64,000 bases of DNA, taken from positions 11,234 to 75,233 of the forward strand of contig JBGAII010000003.1 in the NCBI GenBank assembly GCA_044225625.1, read 5' to 3'. The DNA is from Rubrivivax sp. GTDB lineage: Bacteria > Pseudomonadota > Gammaproteobacteria > Burkholderiales > Burkholderiaceae_C. A program made the translations under genes and the position numbers. Below, piece by piece: positions 10,302-19,065 of the stretch. The notes below the pieces were generated by a model. It was given only the letters and a program-made list of their open reading frames with translations. It had not been told where the DNA came from and searched no databases. How positions within the stretch are numbered: position 1 is the first letter of the stretch; each line of letters begins with the position of its first letter.

Positions 10302-11422
10302 CGTGCTCCCTCCCCCGCGACCCCATCGGGCGGCAATTCCACCAGCAGGCCGCGGCCCTTGGCCAAGGCGAGCACGCGCGCGCCGAGACTGCGCACCGCG
10401 GTCACACCGTGAACGCGGCCTTCGACCCGGCTGTGCAGGCTGTACAGCACCTGCGCTTCGGCGTCGAGCCTTGCCACCAGACCATACGAACGGGGTGGCG
10501 CCCAAGGCTTCTGGATGCCGAGCTTCTTGATGCGACCGATCTGCGTCGGCTCGCGGTAGTCGAAGCGGCCTTCCAGGCTCGGCCCGATCCACAGCTCGCG
10601 CGGCACACGCGCCATCATCGATTCGCAGAAGGCGCGTTCGCGCAGCACGAACTCGATCAGCTGCGTGCGCATGCCGAAGAAGGCCATCCAGTAGCCGCCG
10701 CGGGCATCGGCCGTGATGCGCGACGGATAACCGGCGTAGTTGCGCACGATCGTGCGCGCCGCGCCGCCGGCGGCCGGCAGCGCCGACAGGCGGTGCGACC
10801 ACGATTCGGTGACCAGCAGTTCGCGGCCATCGATCGAGGGCGCCACGCCGGCCGGCCAGTCGAGCCCGTCGGCGACCACGCGTGCCTGCTCCAGCCGCGG
10901 GTCGCAGGCAATCAACCGGCCCGAAGGCCGCCGCGCCTGCATCAGGTCGGGCAGCCAGTCTTCGGGCCGGTTGTGGCGCGAGCCTTCGCAGACATAGATG
11001 GTGCCGTCCTGCGCCACGGCCACCGCGGTGGGACAGGTGATCGGCACACCGCCGGCTTCGGCCAGCGTGCCCACCACCGTGCCCTCGGGCGACAGTGCCA
11101 CCAGCCCCAGGCCGGAAACGGCGGCCAGCAGCCGGCCGTCGCGGCTGCGCGTCAGCCCCGTCACTGCGCCGCGCAGCCGCGCGAAGACGCTGCGCTGCTC
11201 GAAGTCCGGCCCGGTGCAGCGCAGCACGCGGTCCTCGCTCGACACGTACAGCACGCCATCGTCGCCGCCGACCAGGTCGTCGGGAGCTTCGATCACCGGC
11301 CCTAGCACGCGCGACGCATCGAGCCGGCTGTTCGGCGAGAACGGGCCATCGAGCATCGGGATCACGTGCTGCTCGCGATTGGGGAACAGCACGCGGTCGA
11401 TGACATCGCGGATCAGTGCCAT
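10298..11422 (-). CDS. Strictosidine synthase-like / SMP-30 / gluconolactonase-type beta-propeller protein.
   Basis: Starts MALIRDVIDRVLFPN with a GGGAGGGG RBS. Has motifs similar to the C-terminal domain of the upstream permease fusion (GRLIACDP..., DGTIYV..., YWMAFF). ATGA overlaps at both ends. Confidence 0.75.
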   Translation of the reverse strand: MALIRDVIDRVLFPNREQHVIPMLDGPFSPNSRLDASRVLGPVIEAPDDLVGGDDGVLYVSSEDRVLRCTGPDFEQRSVFARLRGAVTGLTRSRDGRLLAAVSGLGLVALSPEGTVVGTLAEAGGVPITCPTAVAVAQDGTIYVCEGSRHNRPEDWLPDLMQARRPSGRLIACDPRLEQARVVADGLDWPAGVAPSIDGRELLVTESWSHRLSALPAAGGAARTIVRNYAGYPSRITADARGGYWMAFFGMRTQLIEFVLRERAFCESMMARVPRELWIGPSLEGRFDYREPTQIGRIKKLGIQKPWAPPRSYGLVARLDAEAQVLYSLHSRVEGRVHGVTAVRSLGARVLALAKGRGLLVELPPDGVAGEGAR

Positions 11423-13539
11423 CAGCGTGCCCCTCCCCAGTAGGAGGTCCAGCCCTGCCAGTTCGGGTCGGCACCGGGCAGGCGCACGCGGCCGATGCGG
11501 TTGTTCTCCAGGCCGCCGATGTAGAGCCAACCCTTGTGCTCGCGCACCGAGGTGATGGTCGGGTGGGAACGGCCGCCCGGGTCCCACAGCGACTCGCTGA
11601 CGACCCCCCGGTCGTCGAACTTGATGATGCAGCCGTAGTTGATGCCGGGGCAGAGCCATTCGTCCGGCGGGATCTGCTTGACCATGCGGATGCGGAAGCC
11701 CGGGTCGGCCATCGCCAGGTCATACACCGGCGACCGCAGGCCCACCAGGGCCAGCCAGTAGCTGCCGTCCGACGCGCGGTTGATGTTGTCGCAGTAGCCC
11801 GGCAGATTGTCGATCAGCACCTCGCACTGGCCGGCCTTGTCGCCCTCGATCCAGTAGCGGTAGACGCGGCACAGCCAGGTGCTGGCCCACAGCACCGAGC
11901 GGCCGTCGTGCGCCACGCACACGCCGTTCGGGAAGGTCAGGCCCTTCAGCACCGTGCGCGTGACGCCGGTCTCCGGATCGTGGCAGATCAGCCGGCCATT
12001 GCCGCGGCCCTCGAAACCGTCGAGCGCCCAGTCGGCGAGTTCGTAGCGTGTGGTCGCCTCGCTGAAGTAGATCTTGCCGTCCGGCGCGATGTCCAGATCG
12101 TCGGCCAGATACAGACGAGAGTCGTCCTTCAGTCGCGTGCGCGTGCGTGTGGTGCGGTCGGTGACCTTGAACACGGTCCTGTCCGGACGCACGCCATAGA
12201 CGCCCATGCCCGCGACGCAGGCAATGAGGTTCTCGTCACGGTCGAAGGCCAGGCCCAGCGGCCGTCCGCCGATGCGTGCGAACTCCTCGCGCACGGTGTA
12301 GTCGGGCGCCAGGAAACGCACGATCGAGCCATTGCGGGTGACGGTGTAGAGGTGATCTCGACGGTCGAGGATGATGTCCTCGGGGCCCTCGATCTGCCCG
12401 AGCGCGATCGCCTCGGCATCGCGCAGCCGGTCGTTCTCGGCGAAGGGCGTGCCGCTGTCGCGCGCGATGGAAGCCGGTGGCTCGAAGTCCACCCAGCTCG
12501 GCACGACGTAGACCTTCTGCTGGACCTTGCCCTTGTTCTTGACCCACTTGACATTGAAGCCCACGGCCACCAGCAACACGCTGCCGATCAGCGCCGTCGT
12601 CACGTTGCCGGACACGCCCATGCGCACCAGGCCGCTGACGAGCATGAAGATGATGGCCGCGCCCATCATCGCGCGCGCGATCGTGCCGCGGCCGCCTGCC
12701 AGGCTGATGCCGCCCAGCACCACCGCGGCCAGCGCGTTGATCTCCCAGCCCATGCCGGTGTCGGTGCCGGCGCTGTTCTGGCGCGCAGCGTAGAAGATGC
12801 CGGCCAGCGCCGCCAGCGCGCCGGAGATGACGTAGGCCGAGAACAGCGCACGCTTGACGTTGACGCCGGCATGGCGCGCCGCCTTGCGGCTGGAACCCAC
12901 GGCCATGATGTGCAGGCCCGGGCGCACGCGGGTGAGGAAGAAGTGGGCCACCACCGCAACCAGCAGCAGCGCGCAGACGTTGGCGGGCACGCCCAGCAGC
13001 GTGCCGGCGCCGAGGAAGTCCCACACCGGACTGTCGCTGCTGACACTGGCGAGTTCCTCCGTGTGCGCAGCGGTGAGCTTGTTGTACAGGGCACGCAGCA
13101 CGATCAGCGTGACCAGCGTGGTCAGGAACGGCCGCGTCTTGCCGTAGGCGATGAGCGCGCCGTTGAGTGCGCCGACCAGCGAGCCGAAGACCACCACGAG
13201 CAGCACCATCAGCGGCAGCGGCAGGCCCAGCACCAGGTGCAGGTACAGCGCGAGGAAATTGGCCATGGCGAACACCGACCCCACCGACAGGTCGATGCCG
13301 CCGGACAGCACGGCCACGGCCATGGCCACGGCCACCATCGCCTGTTCGGCAAAACTCAGCGAGAGCTGGCGCAGGTTGGTCAGGTCGGTATAGCCGGGGA
13401 CGAGGAACGCGAAGCTCAGGAAGACTGCCACCGTCAACACGAACGGGATGATCGGCTCCATCCACCGCTTTTCGAGCAGTTCACCGAGGAAGACTTGCGG
13501 CGAGTGCCGGTGCCACAGTCGCAGCAGGTTGGTCGTCAT
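11422..13539 (-). CDS. Fusion protein: sugar ABC transporter permease (RbsC-like, N-terminal, about 330 aa) joined to a strictosidine synthase-like / SMP-30 beta-propeller domain (C-terminal, about 370 aa).
   Basis: A single uninterrupted 2.2 kb ORF. The N-terminus (MTTNLLRLWHRHSPQVFLGELLEKRWMEPIIPFVL...) has multiple TM helices typical of ribose/xylose permeases. A K-rich linker (NVKWVKNKGKVQQK) follows, then DRRDHLYTVTRNGSIVRF...GRLICHDPETG...GSYWLALVG. Start is taken at ATG 13539; an alternative GTG at 13620 lies directly after the SBP stop. Confidence 0.75.
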   Translation of the reverse strand: MTTNLLRLWHRHSPQVFLGELLEKRWMEPIIPFVLTVAVFLSFAFLVPGYTDLTNLRQLSLSFAEQAMVAVAMAVAVLSGGIDLSVGSVFAMANFLALYLHLVLGLPLPLMVLLVVVFGSLVGALNGALIAYGKTRPFLTTLVTLIVLRALYNKLTAAHTEELASVSSDSPVWDFLGAGTLLGVPANVCALLLVAVVAHFFLTRVRPGLHIMAVGSSRKAARHAGVNVKRALFSAYVISGALAALAGIFYAARQNSAGTDTGMGWEINALAAVVLGGISLAGGRGTIARAMMGAAIIFMLVSGLVRMGVSGNVTTALIGSVLLVAVGFNVKWVKNKGKVQQKVYVVPSWVDFEPPASIARDSGTPFAENDRLRDAEAIALGQIEGPEDIILDRRDHLYTVTRNGSIVRFLAPDYTVREEFARIGGRPLGLAFDRDENLIACVAGMGVYGVRPDRTVFKVTDRTTRTRTRLKDDSRLYLADDLDIAPDGKIYFSEATTRYELADWALDGFEGRGNGRLICHDPETGVTRTVLKGLTFPNGVCVAHDGRSVLWASTWLCRVYRYWIEGDKAGQCEVLIDNLPGYCDNINRASDGSYWLALVGLRSPVYDLAMADPGFRIRMVKQIPPDEWLCPGINYGCIIKFDDRGVVSESLWDPGGRSHPTITSVREHKGWLYIGGLENNRIGRVRLPGADPNWQGWTSYWGGAR

Positions 13540-13626
13540 CGTGCGGGTGGAATCTGAGGATGAGATGGACAGGGCAGCGCACGGCTGCCGCCGCTCGGGC
13601 GGCAGCCGGTGGCCAGTCACGGGCCG

Positions 13627-14661
13627 CTATTTGGATGCGGTCTTCGGCACGGTGAAGCAGTAGGCCCGGTCCGCCGCACTGCGCACCCAATACGGCGTGG
13701 TGTAGTAGGCGGTGCGCTTGGTGCCCGGCTTGTCGCCGCTCTGGATCAGCGTCAGCACCGCGTTGACGATGGCCTCGCCCTGGGTGTCCGCGCGATACGA
13801 CAGGTTGGTGTGGAACAGTCCCTGCTCGAGCATGTCGCAGTCGGCCGGCTGGCCGTCGCTGGCGACCCAGACCTTCACCTTGCCCGCCTTTCCGGCGGCC
13901 TTGATCGCCTGCGCCGCGCCGGCGGCATGCGGCCCCCACACGCTCAGCACGCCGCACAGGTCGGGGTTCTGCTGCAGCACCGTGGTGGTGATCTCGCCGG
14001 CCTTGTTGGCGTCCCAGTTGGTGGGCTGCGAGGACACGACCTTGATCGACTTGTCGGCGTTGAAGATGTCCATCGCGCCGCGCTTCATGTCCAGCGAATA
14101 GGCCGCGGTGGCCTCACCTTCGAGGATCGAGATCTTGCCCGAACCCTTGCCGCCACCGCACTCGGCGACGATGTCCTTGGCAAGGCGGCGGCCGAGGTCA
14201 CGCGGATCGACGCCGACGTAGGCATCGGTCAGCGTGTTCGACGCCATGTTCACCTGAATGACGTAGATGCCGGCGTCCATCGCCCGCTTGAGTTCGCGCG
14301 CCAGCAACGTGACATTGGGGTTCTGCACCACCAGCACGTCGGGCTTGGAATTGATCAGTTCGCTCACTGCCTGCAGTTGCACGTCGGACTTGAAGTTGGC
14401 ATCCCGGACGACGAACTTGATGCCGTAGTCGTCGAAGTGCGTCTTCATGTTGCGCGTCCACTCCGACTCGAGCACGCCCATCCACACCGGCGCCCAGGCC
14501 ACGGTCTTGCCCTTGACCGCCTTGTCGAAGTTGGCGCGCAGTTCCTCGCGCGGTTCGGCCGCCGACACCGCCATGGAGGCTGCGAGCGCGGCCAACGAGG
14601 CCGTGGCAACGCTCATACGTCGCAGCGCGACCTGGATCCGGTTCGATGGGGTCTTCTTCAT
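13627..14661 (-). CDS. Sugar ABC transporter periplasmic substrate-binding protein (RbsB/LacI-fold type).
   Basis: Internal Met MKKTPSNRIQVALRRMSVATASLAALAASMAVSA is a signal peptide. An AGGAGA RBS lies upstream. The body has type-I PBP features. Confidence 0.85.
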   Translation of the reverse strand: MKKTPSNRIQVALRRMSVATASLAALAASMAVSAAEPREELRANFDKAVKGKTVAWAPVWMGVLESEWTRNMKTHFDDYGIKFVVRDANFKSDVQLQAVSELINSKPDVLVVQNPNVTLLARELKRAMDAGIYVIQVNMASNTLTDAYVGVDPRDLGRRLAKDIVAECGGGKGSGKISILEGEATAAYSLDMKRGAMDIFNADKSIKVVSSQPTNWDANKAGEITTTVLQQNPDLCGVLSVWGPHAAGAAQAIKAAGKAGKVKVWVASDGQPADCDMLEQGLFHTNLSYRADTQGEAIVNAVLTLIQSGDKPGTKRTAYYTTPYWVRSAADRAYCFTVPKTASK

Positions 14662-14737
14662 TGCAGTCTCCTTGGGTGGGGGTGCCGAATGCGGCACCCG
14701 CTGTGGCGCCTCGGCGGAAATGGCGCTGGCGGGTCCG

Positions 14738-15724
14738 TCAGTCGCCTTGTTTGGATGTTTCCTCGTCGCGCGGGTAGAGCACGGCGTCGAGCACAATGGC
14801 CACCAGCAGCACGATGCCCTTGACGATGTTCTGCGTCTGCACGTCCATGTCGAGGATCGTCATGCCGTTCAGCAGCACGCCGATCAGCAGCGTGCCGGCA
14901 ATGACGCTCATCACGTTGCCGCGCCCGCCGGTGAGGCTGACGCCGCCGAGCACGACAACCATGATGACGTCGAAGATCAGCGTCGACTCGACCACCTGCA
15001 GGTGCATCAGCGAGGTCTGCGCGATCATCACCACGCCGCCGACGTAGCCGACACCGGCGCACAGCGCGTACTGCAGCATCGTCAGCGGGCGGGTTGGCAG
15101 GCCAGCCAGGCGCGCGGCCTCTGGGTTGTCGCCGTGTGCGTAGATGAAGCGGCCGAGCACGGTGCGCGACAGCAGCACGTGCACGCCGATGGCCGCCGCA
15201 GCAAACACCAGCAGCGGCGCCGGCACGCCGCCGGCGACATTGCCGCCCAGCCTCAGGAAATCTTCGTGCCCCGGCCCGAGGTTGACCACGAAGTGCTGGA
15301 CGGCGGTGGAGCGAATGATGCCCAGCACGGCCAGGCCCGACGCCAGCGTCGTCAACAGCGGCGGCATCTCTATCACCGAGATCAGCCAGCCGTTGAGCAG
15401 CCCGACGGTGACCGCCAGCAGCAACCCCACCGCCAGCGCCAGCGGGGTGGCCCAGCCGTCGTTCATCAACAGGATGGCGATCGCCGTGGCGGCGGCCATC
15501 GACGACACCTGCGACAGGTCGAGGCCGCGCGCAATGACGACGATGGCCATGCCCAGTGCCAGCACGCCCAGGATCGAGATGTTGCGGGCCATCGCGAACA
15601 GGTTGCCGAGCCTCAGGAAGCCGGGCAACAACAGGCTGAAGACCACGAACACCAGCACGCACAGGCCGAGCACAGCCATCGCCTGGGTGGGTCTGCGTAC
15701 CGTGTGGGCGGCGCCCCGTGCCAT
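14738..15724 (-). CDS. Sugar ABC transporter permease (RbsC/branched-monosaccharide family).
   Basis: Starts MARGAAHTVRRPTQAMAVLGL, preceded by an AGGAGA RBS. Highly hydrophobic and multi-spanning. First gene of the minus-strand operon. Confidence 0.85.
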   Translation of the reverse strand: MARGAAHTVRRPTQAMAVLGLCVLVFVVFSLLLPGFLRLGNLFAMARNISILGVLALGMAIVVIARGLDLSQVSSMAAATAIAILLMNDGWATPLALAVGLLLAVTVGLLNGWLISVIEMPPLLTTLASGLAVLGIIRSTAVQHFVVNLGPGHEDFLRLGGNVAGGVPAPLLVFAAAAIGVHVLLSRTVLGRFIYAHGDNPEAARLAGLPTRPLTMLQYALCAGVGYVGGVVMIAQTSLMHLQVVESTLIFDVIMVVVLGGVSLTGGRGNVMSVIAGTLLIGVLLNGMTILDMDVQTQNIVKGIVLLVAIVLDAVLYPRDEETSKQGD

Positions 15725-15764
15725 TCGTCTTCTCCTGCTTCTCGTGGCCCGCCTGTCGGCTGGC

Positions 15765-15898
15765 AATGGATCGATTCTTCAACCACATGGATCCACAAGT
15801 CAATCATTGGATCCATAACATCTCGTAAACACCTATAAATTCCCAATACACGGCCTAAACTCGCAACTATGGATCCAAACAAGTCAAAAAGGATCCGC
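15765..15898. promoter_or_regulatory. AT-richer divergent promoter region carrying an array of the perfect palindrome TGGATCCA.
   Basis: Copies at 15789, 15809 and 15870, plus GGATCC at 15891 and a degenerate TGGATCGA at 15767. Spacings are 20, 61 and 21 bp. The region lies between the ABC operon start (15724, minus) and the AI-2E transporter (16008, plus). Confidence 0.4.
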
Positions 15899-16007
15899 AG
15901 TGATGTGCCGAGACGGCATTCAGCGAGCCGTGTAGGACAAGGCCGATGTCATCTGACGGCGAAGTCCGCCAAGTCGTTGCGCCGCCGATCCCGATACTTC
16001 CACCACG

Positions 16008-17189
16008 ATGCAAGCTCAACTTCATGCCCAGGCGGACGGGGCCGCTGACGCCGCCGCCGGGCCGACCGCGGCGTCAGCGGCTGCCGAACCGCCTCATTTG
16101 CCCCTCGATCTGCGCAGCGCTTCGCTGATGCTGATCGCGTTGATGGCGGGCCTGTACATGCTGCGCTGGGCCGGCGCGGTGATCATTCCGGTGCTGCTCG
16201 CGGTGATGGTCAGCTATGCACTGTCGCCGCTGCTCGAGCGCCTGCAGCGCGCGGGCATGGCACGCACCGCGGCCGCAGCAGCGCTGTTGCTGGCGGTCAC
16301 CGGCGGTGTCGGCTCGATGGTCTACTCGCTCAGCGACGATGCCACGGCCATGATCGAATCGCTGCCCCAGGCCGCGCAGAAGCTGCGCAGTGCGCTGCGC
16401 GCCCCGCGTGGCGAGTCGGAAGGACCGATCGCCAAGGTGCAGCGCGCCGCCGAGAAGATCGAGCAGGCGGCCGAGGTCAGCACCGTGTCGGCGCCGCAGC
16501 CCGTCAAGGGCGTGACCCGCGTGCAGGTGGAGCCACCGAAATTCAGCGTCCGTTCGTACCTGTGGAGCGGCACGCTAGGGCTGGCCGGCCTGCTCGGGCA
16601 GGCGGTCGTGGTGCTGTTCCTCGCCTTCTTCCTGCTGGCGTCCGGCGATGGCTTCCGGCGCAAGCTGGTCAAGATCGTTGGGCCGAGACTGAGCCGCAAG
16701 AAGATCACCGTGCAGATGCTGGACGAGATCGATGCGCAGATCCGCCGCTACCTGCTGGTGCAGATCGGCACCAGTGTGCTGGTCGGCCTCGTCACCTGGG
16801 TCGTGCTGTCGAGCTTCGGCCTCGAGCGTGCGGCGGTGTGGGGCGTGGTCGCGGCGGTGCTGAACCTGGTGCCCTACGTCGGCGCGCTCGTCACCGCCGG
16901 TGCGCTGGCGCTGGTCGCCTTCCTGCAGTTCGGCACGCCGGGCATGGCCCTGGGCGTCGGCGCGGCCTCATTGGCCATCAACACGCTCGAGGGCAACCTG
17001 CTCACGCCGTGGCTCACCGGCCGGGCGTCGCGCATGAACCCGGTGCTGATCTTCGTCGGCGTGCTGGCCTTCGGCTGGCTGTGGGGCCTGTGGGGCCTGT
17101 TGCTCGGCGCACCGCTGCTGATGGCCGCGAAGGTGGTGTGCGATCACGTGGAGAACCTGAAGCCGGTCGGCGAGCTGATGAGTGCGTGA
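16008..17189 (+). CDS. AI-2E family transporter (PerM/YhhT/TqsA-like, UPF0118).
   Basis: Eight-TM membrane protein with the characteristic C-terminal half (LVPYVGALVTAGALALVAFLQFG...GNLLTP...NPVLIFVGVLAFGWLWGLWGLLLGAPLL). The N-terminal 40 aa are Ala/Gln low-complexity, so the true start may be the later Met at about 16128. Confidence 0.75.
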   Translation: MQAQLHAQADGAADAAAGPTAASAAAEPPHLPLDLRSASLMLIALMAGLYMLRWAGAVIIPVLLAVMVSYALSPLLERLQRAGMARTAAAAALLLAVTGGVGSMVYSLSDDATAMIESLPQAAQKLRSALRAPRGESEGPIAKVQRAAEKIEQAAEVSTVSAPQPVKGVTRVQVEPPKFSVRSYLWSGTLGLAGLLGQAVVVLFLAFFLLASGDGFRRKLVKIVGPRLSRKKITVQMLDEIDAQIRRYLLVQIGTSVLVGLVTWVVLSSFGLERAAVWGVVAAVLNLVPYVGALVTAGALALVAFLQFGTPGMALGVGAASLAINTLEGNLLTPWLTGRASRMNPVLIFVGVLAFGWLWGLWGLLLGAPLLMAAKVVCDHVENLKPVGELMSA

Positions 17190-17205
17190 CCGGAGGAGAA
17201 ATCGA

Positions 17206-18066
17206 ATGCGAAAACTATGGTCTGGAATTCTCGTCGCCTGCGTGTGCGCCACGTCGGCGACCGCTCAGGTGAGCATCGGCATCGCGACGCCGGGCATCAG
17301 CATCGGCATCCAGCTGCCGGCCTATCCGCAACTGGTGGCCGTGCCAGGCTACCCGGTGTACTACGCGCCGGCGCTGAACACGAACTACTTCTTCTACGAC
17401 GGCCTGTACTGGGTGTTCCAGGGCAACAACTGGTACGCGAGCAGCTGGTACAACGGCCCCTGGTCACTGGTGCAACCTCTGTACGTGCCGGTGTACGTGC
17501 TGCGTGTGCCCGTGCGCTACTACCGCGCGCCGCCGCCGTACTTCCATCCGTGGCGTGCCGATGCACCACCGCGCTGGGGCGAACGCTGGGGCCCGGGTTG
17601 GCAGCAGCAGCGCAAGGGCTGGGACCAGTGGAACCGTCACGCTGTGCCGGCCCCGGCGCCGTTGCCGGTCTACCAGCGCCAGTACGGCGGCGACCGCTAT
17701 CCGCACGAGGCGCAACGCCAGCAGGCGCTGAGCGCGCAGAACTACCGCTACCAGCCCAGAGACCCGATGGTGCGCGAACAGCATGATGCCGTGGCGGCAC
17801 GGGAACGGCCGCCGACCCGCGCGCCACAACCGATGGCCCAGGAGCCGGAGCGTCCGCCGCCGCCGGTGGCCCAGAAGGGTCCGCCGCAGAAGGCGGCACC
17901 ACAGGGGCCGGCGCCGAGCGAGCTGCACTCGAACCGGAGCGCTTCACCGCCGCCCGCGGCCCCGCCGCAGAAGGGCCCGCCTCAGGCGAAGGGCAACGAG
18001 AAGGGCAACGAAAGGGGCAACGGCGACCACGGCCGTGGCCAGGGTGGTGGGAAACCGCAGTCGTAG
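17206..18066 (+). CDS. Secreted hypothetical protein: Tyr/Trp-rich N-terminal domain followed by a Pro/Gln-rich C-terminal region.
   Basis: Internal Met MRKLWSGILVACVCATSATAQVS is a signal peptide. A GGAGGAG RBS lies at 17191-17197. Later shows PPPxxQKGPPQ repeats. Confidence 0.6.
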   Translation: MRKLWSGILVACVCATSATAQVSIGIATPGISIGIQLPAYPQLVAVPGYPVYYAPALNTNYFFYDGLYWVFQGNNWYASSWYNGPWSLVQPLYVPVYVLRVPVRYYRAPPPYFHPWRADAPPRWGERWGPGWQQQRKGWDQWNRHAVPAPAPLPVYQRQYGGDRYPHEAQRQQALSAQNYRYQPRDPMVREQHDAVAARERPPTRAPQPMAQEPERPPPPVAQKGPPQKAAPQGPAPSELHSNRSASPPPAAPPQKGPPQAKGNEKGNERGNGDHGRGQGGGKPQS

Positions 18067-18077
18067 GCCCGCAGCCG

Positions 18078-19004
18078 TCACGCAGGCGCCGCGTAGCCGG
18101 CGTAGGACTGCTTCAGCGTGGCGTGGTTCAACAGCATCTCGGCCTTCAGCACCAGGCCGGCCGCGTCGTAGATGCGCGAGCGCACCCAGTACGACTCGGT
18201 GCGCTTGCTCTGCGCCAGAGCGACGATCTCGCGCCGGATCAGGTAGTCCTCGCCGACGAACAGCGGCCCGTCGACCATGCGGATCTGCTGGTCGGCGAAC
18301 AACCCGACCACCGGGCCCCTGACGGGGAAGCCGGCCTGGGCGTTGCTGTATTCGGCCAGTACGCTGACCATTTCCAGCGGAATGATCGGCCGGCCCCACG
18401 GGCTGGCTGCGGCGTCGGCGTACCACGGCGAGGCTTCGGTGATCTTGGCCAGCTTCTGCCGCAGACTGAACGGATACAGCGCGCCCATGTGCTGGTCGGC
18501 ATCCATGCGCACCCGTTCGTCGGCGCGGCCCACCATGCCGACGTGCAGGTCGGCCAGGATCCGCAGTTCGCCGGGCGGACGCAATTGCGCCATGCGCTCT
18601 TCCAGCAGCGTCGGGCCGCCGCCCAGGCTGGCGCTGGCCTCCAGCACCGGCGTGCCGTCGGCCTTCTCGGCCCAGGCGCGCGTGCGGACCACGGCGGGGT
18701 CGGCTCCGGCCGCGGGCAGCTCGACGAACGCGCGCACCGACTCGCCCTCCACCACCATGTTCTGGTAGTGCGCCGACAGGCAGCCGCGCTCGAACCAGGC
18801 GCGGCCCCACAACTGCACCAGCAGCGGCGCGAACTGGCTGAAGTGCGTCGGCCCCTCGATCGGCCCGGCGCGGAAGCCCAGCGTCTCGGCCGTCGCATCG
18901 TCGTGGATCGAGCTGTGGCCGCCGTATTCCTGCTCGGCCAGCATCTGCTTCGGCTCGCGCAGCGGGCCGCTCAGCGCCAGTGGTGTGTCGAAGGCTCTGC
19001 TCAT
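18078..19004 (-). CDS. Hypothetical protein, possibly double hot-dog / MaoC-like fold.
   Basis: 308 aa ORF with normal composition. The overlapping frames are Arg-rich junk. The functional call is weak. Confidence 0.45.
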   Translation of the reverse strand: MSRAFDTPLALSGPLREPKQMLAEQEYGGHSSIHDDATAETLGFRAGPIEGPTHFSQFAPLLVQLWGRAWFERGCLSAHYQNMVVEGESVRAFVELPAAGADPAVVRTRAWAEKADGTPVLEASASLGGGPTLLEERMAQLRPPGELRILADLHVGMVGRADERVRMDADQHMGALYPFSLRQKLAKITEASPWYADAAASPWGRPIIPLEMVSVLAEYSNAQAGFPVRGPVVGLFADQQIRMVDGPLFVGEDYLIRREIVALAQSKRTESYWVRSRIYDAAGLVLKAEMLLNHATLKQSYAGYAAPA

Positions 19005-19065
19005 GTGGGCTTACTCCGCGCAGCGCGCCGCCGAACGAGTGCTTGGGAACGGCGGCCCGGCGCGC

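Noticed and set aside
8790-11723. A 977 aa ORF taken as a single gene.
   Set aside because: Only the C-terminal 503 aa (from MSTAEAQ at 10301, with RBS) form the ABC ATPase. The upstream part is the out-of-frame overlap with the SSL gene (10298..11422), which is in another frame.
11416-13557. A 713 aa plus-strand ORF, and minus-strand ORF 12236..13465.
   Set aside because: Antisense or wrong-frame versions of the permease-SSL fusion gene, with Arg/His/Gln-rich composition.
15765-15898. The GGATCC/GATC cluster as an origin-like Dam-methylation feature or a cloning-vector remnant.
   Set aside because: Flanking genes are native and contiguous. No DnaA boxes or AT-rich unwinding element were seen. 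Operator sites are the more economical interpretation.
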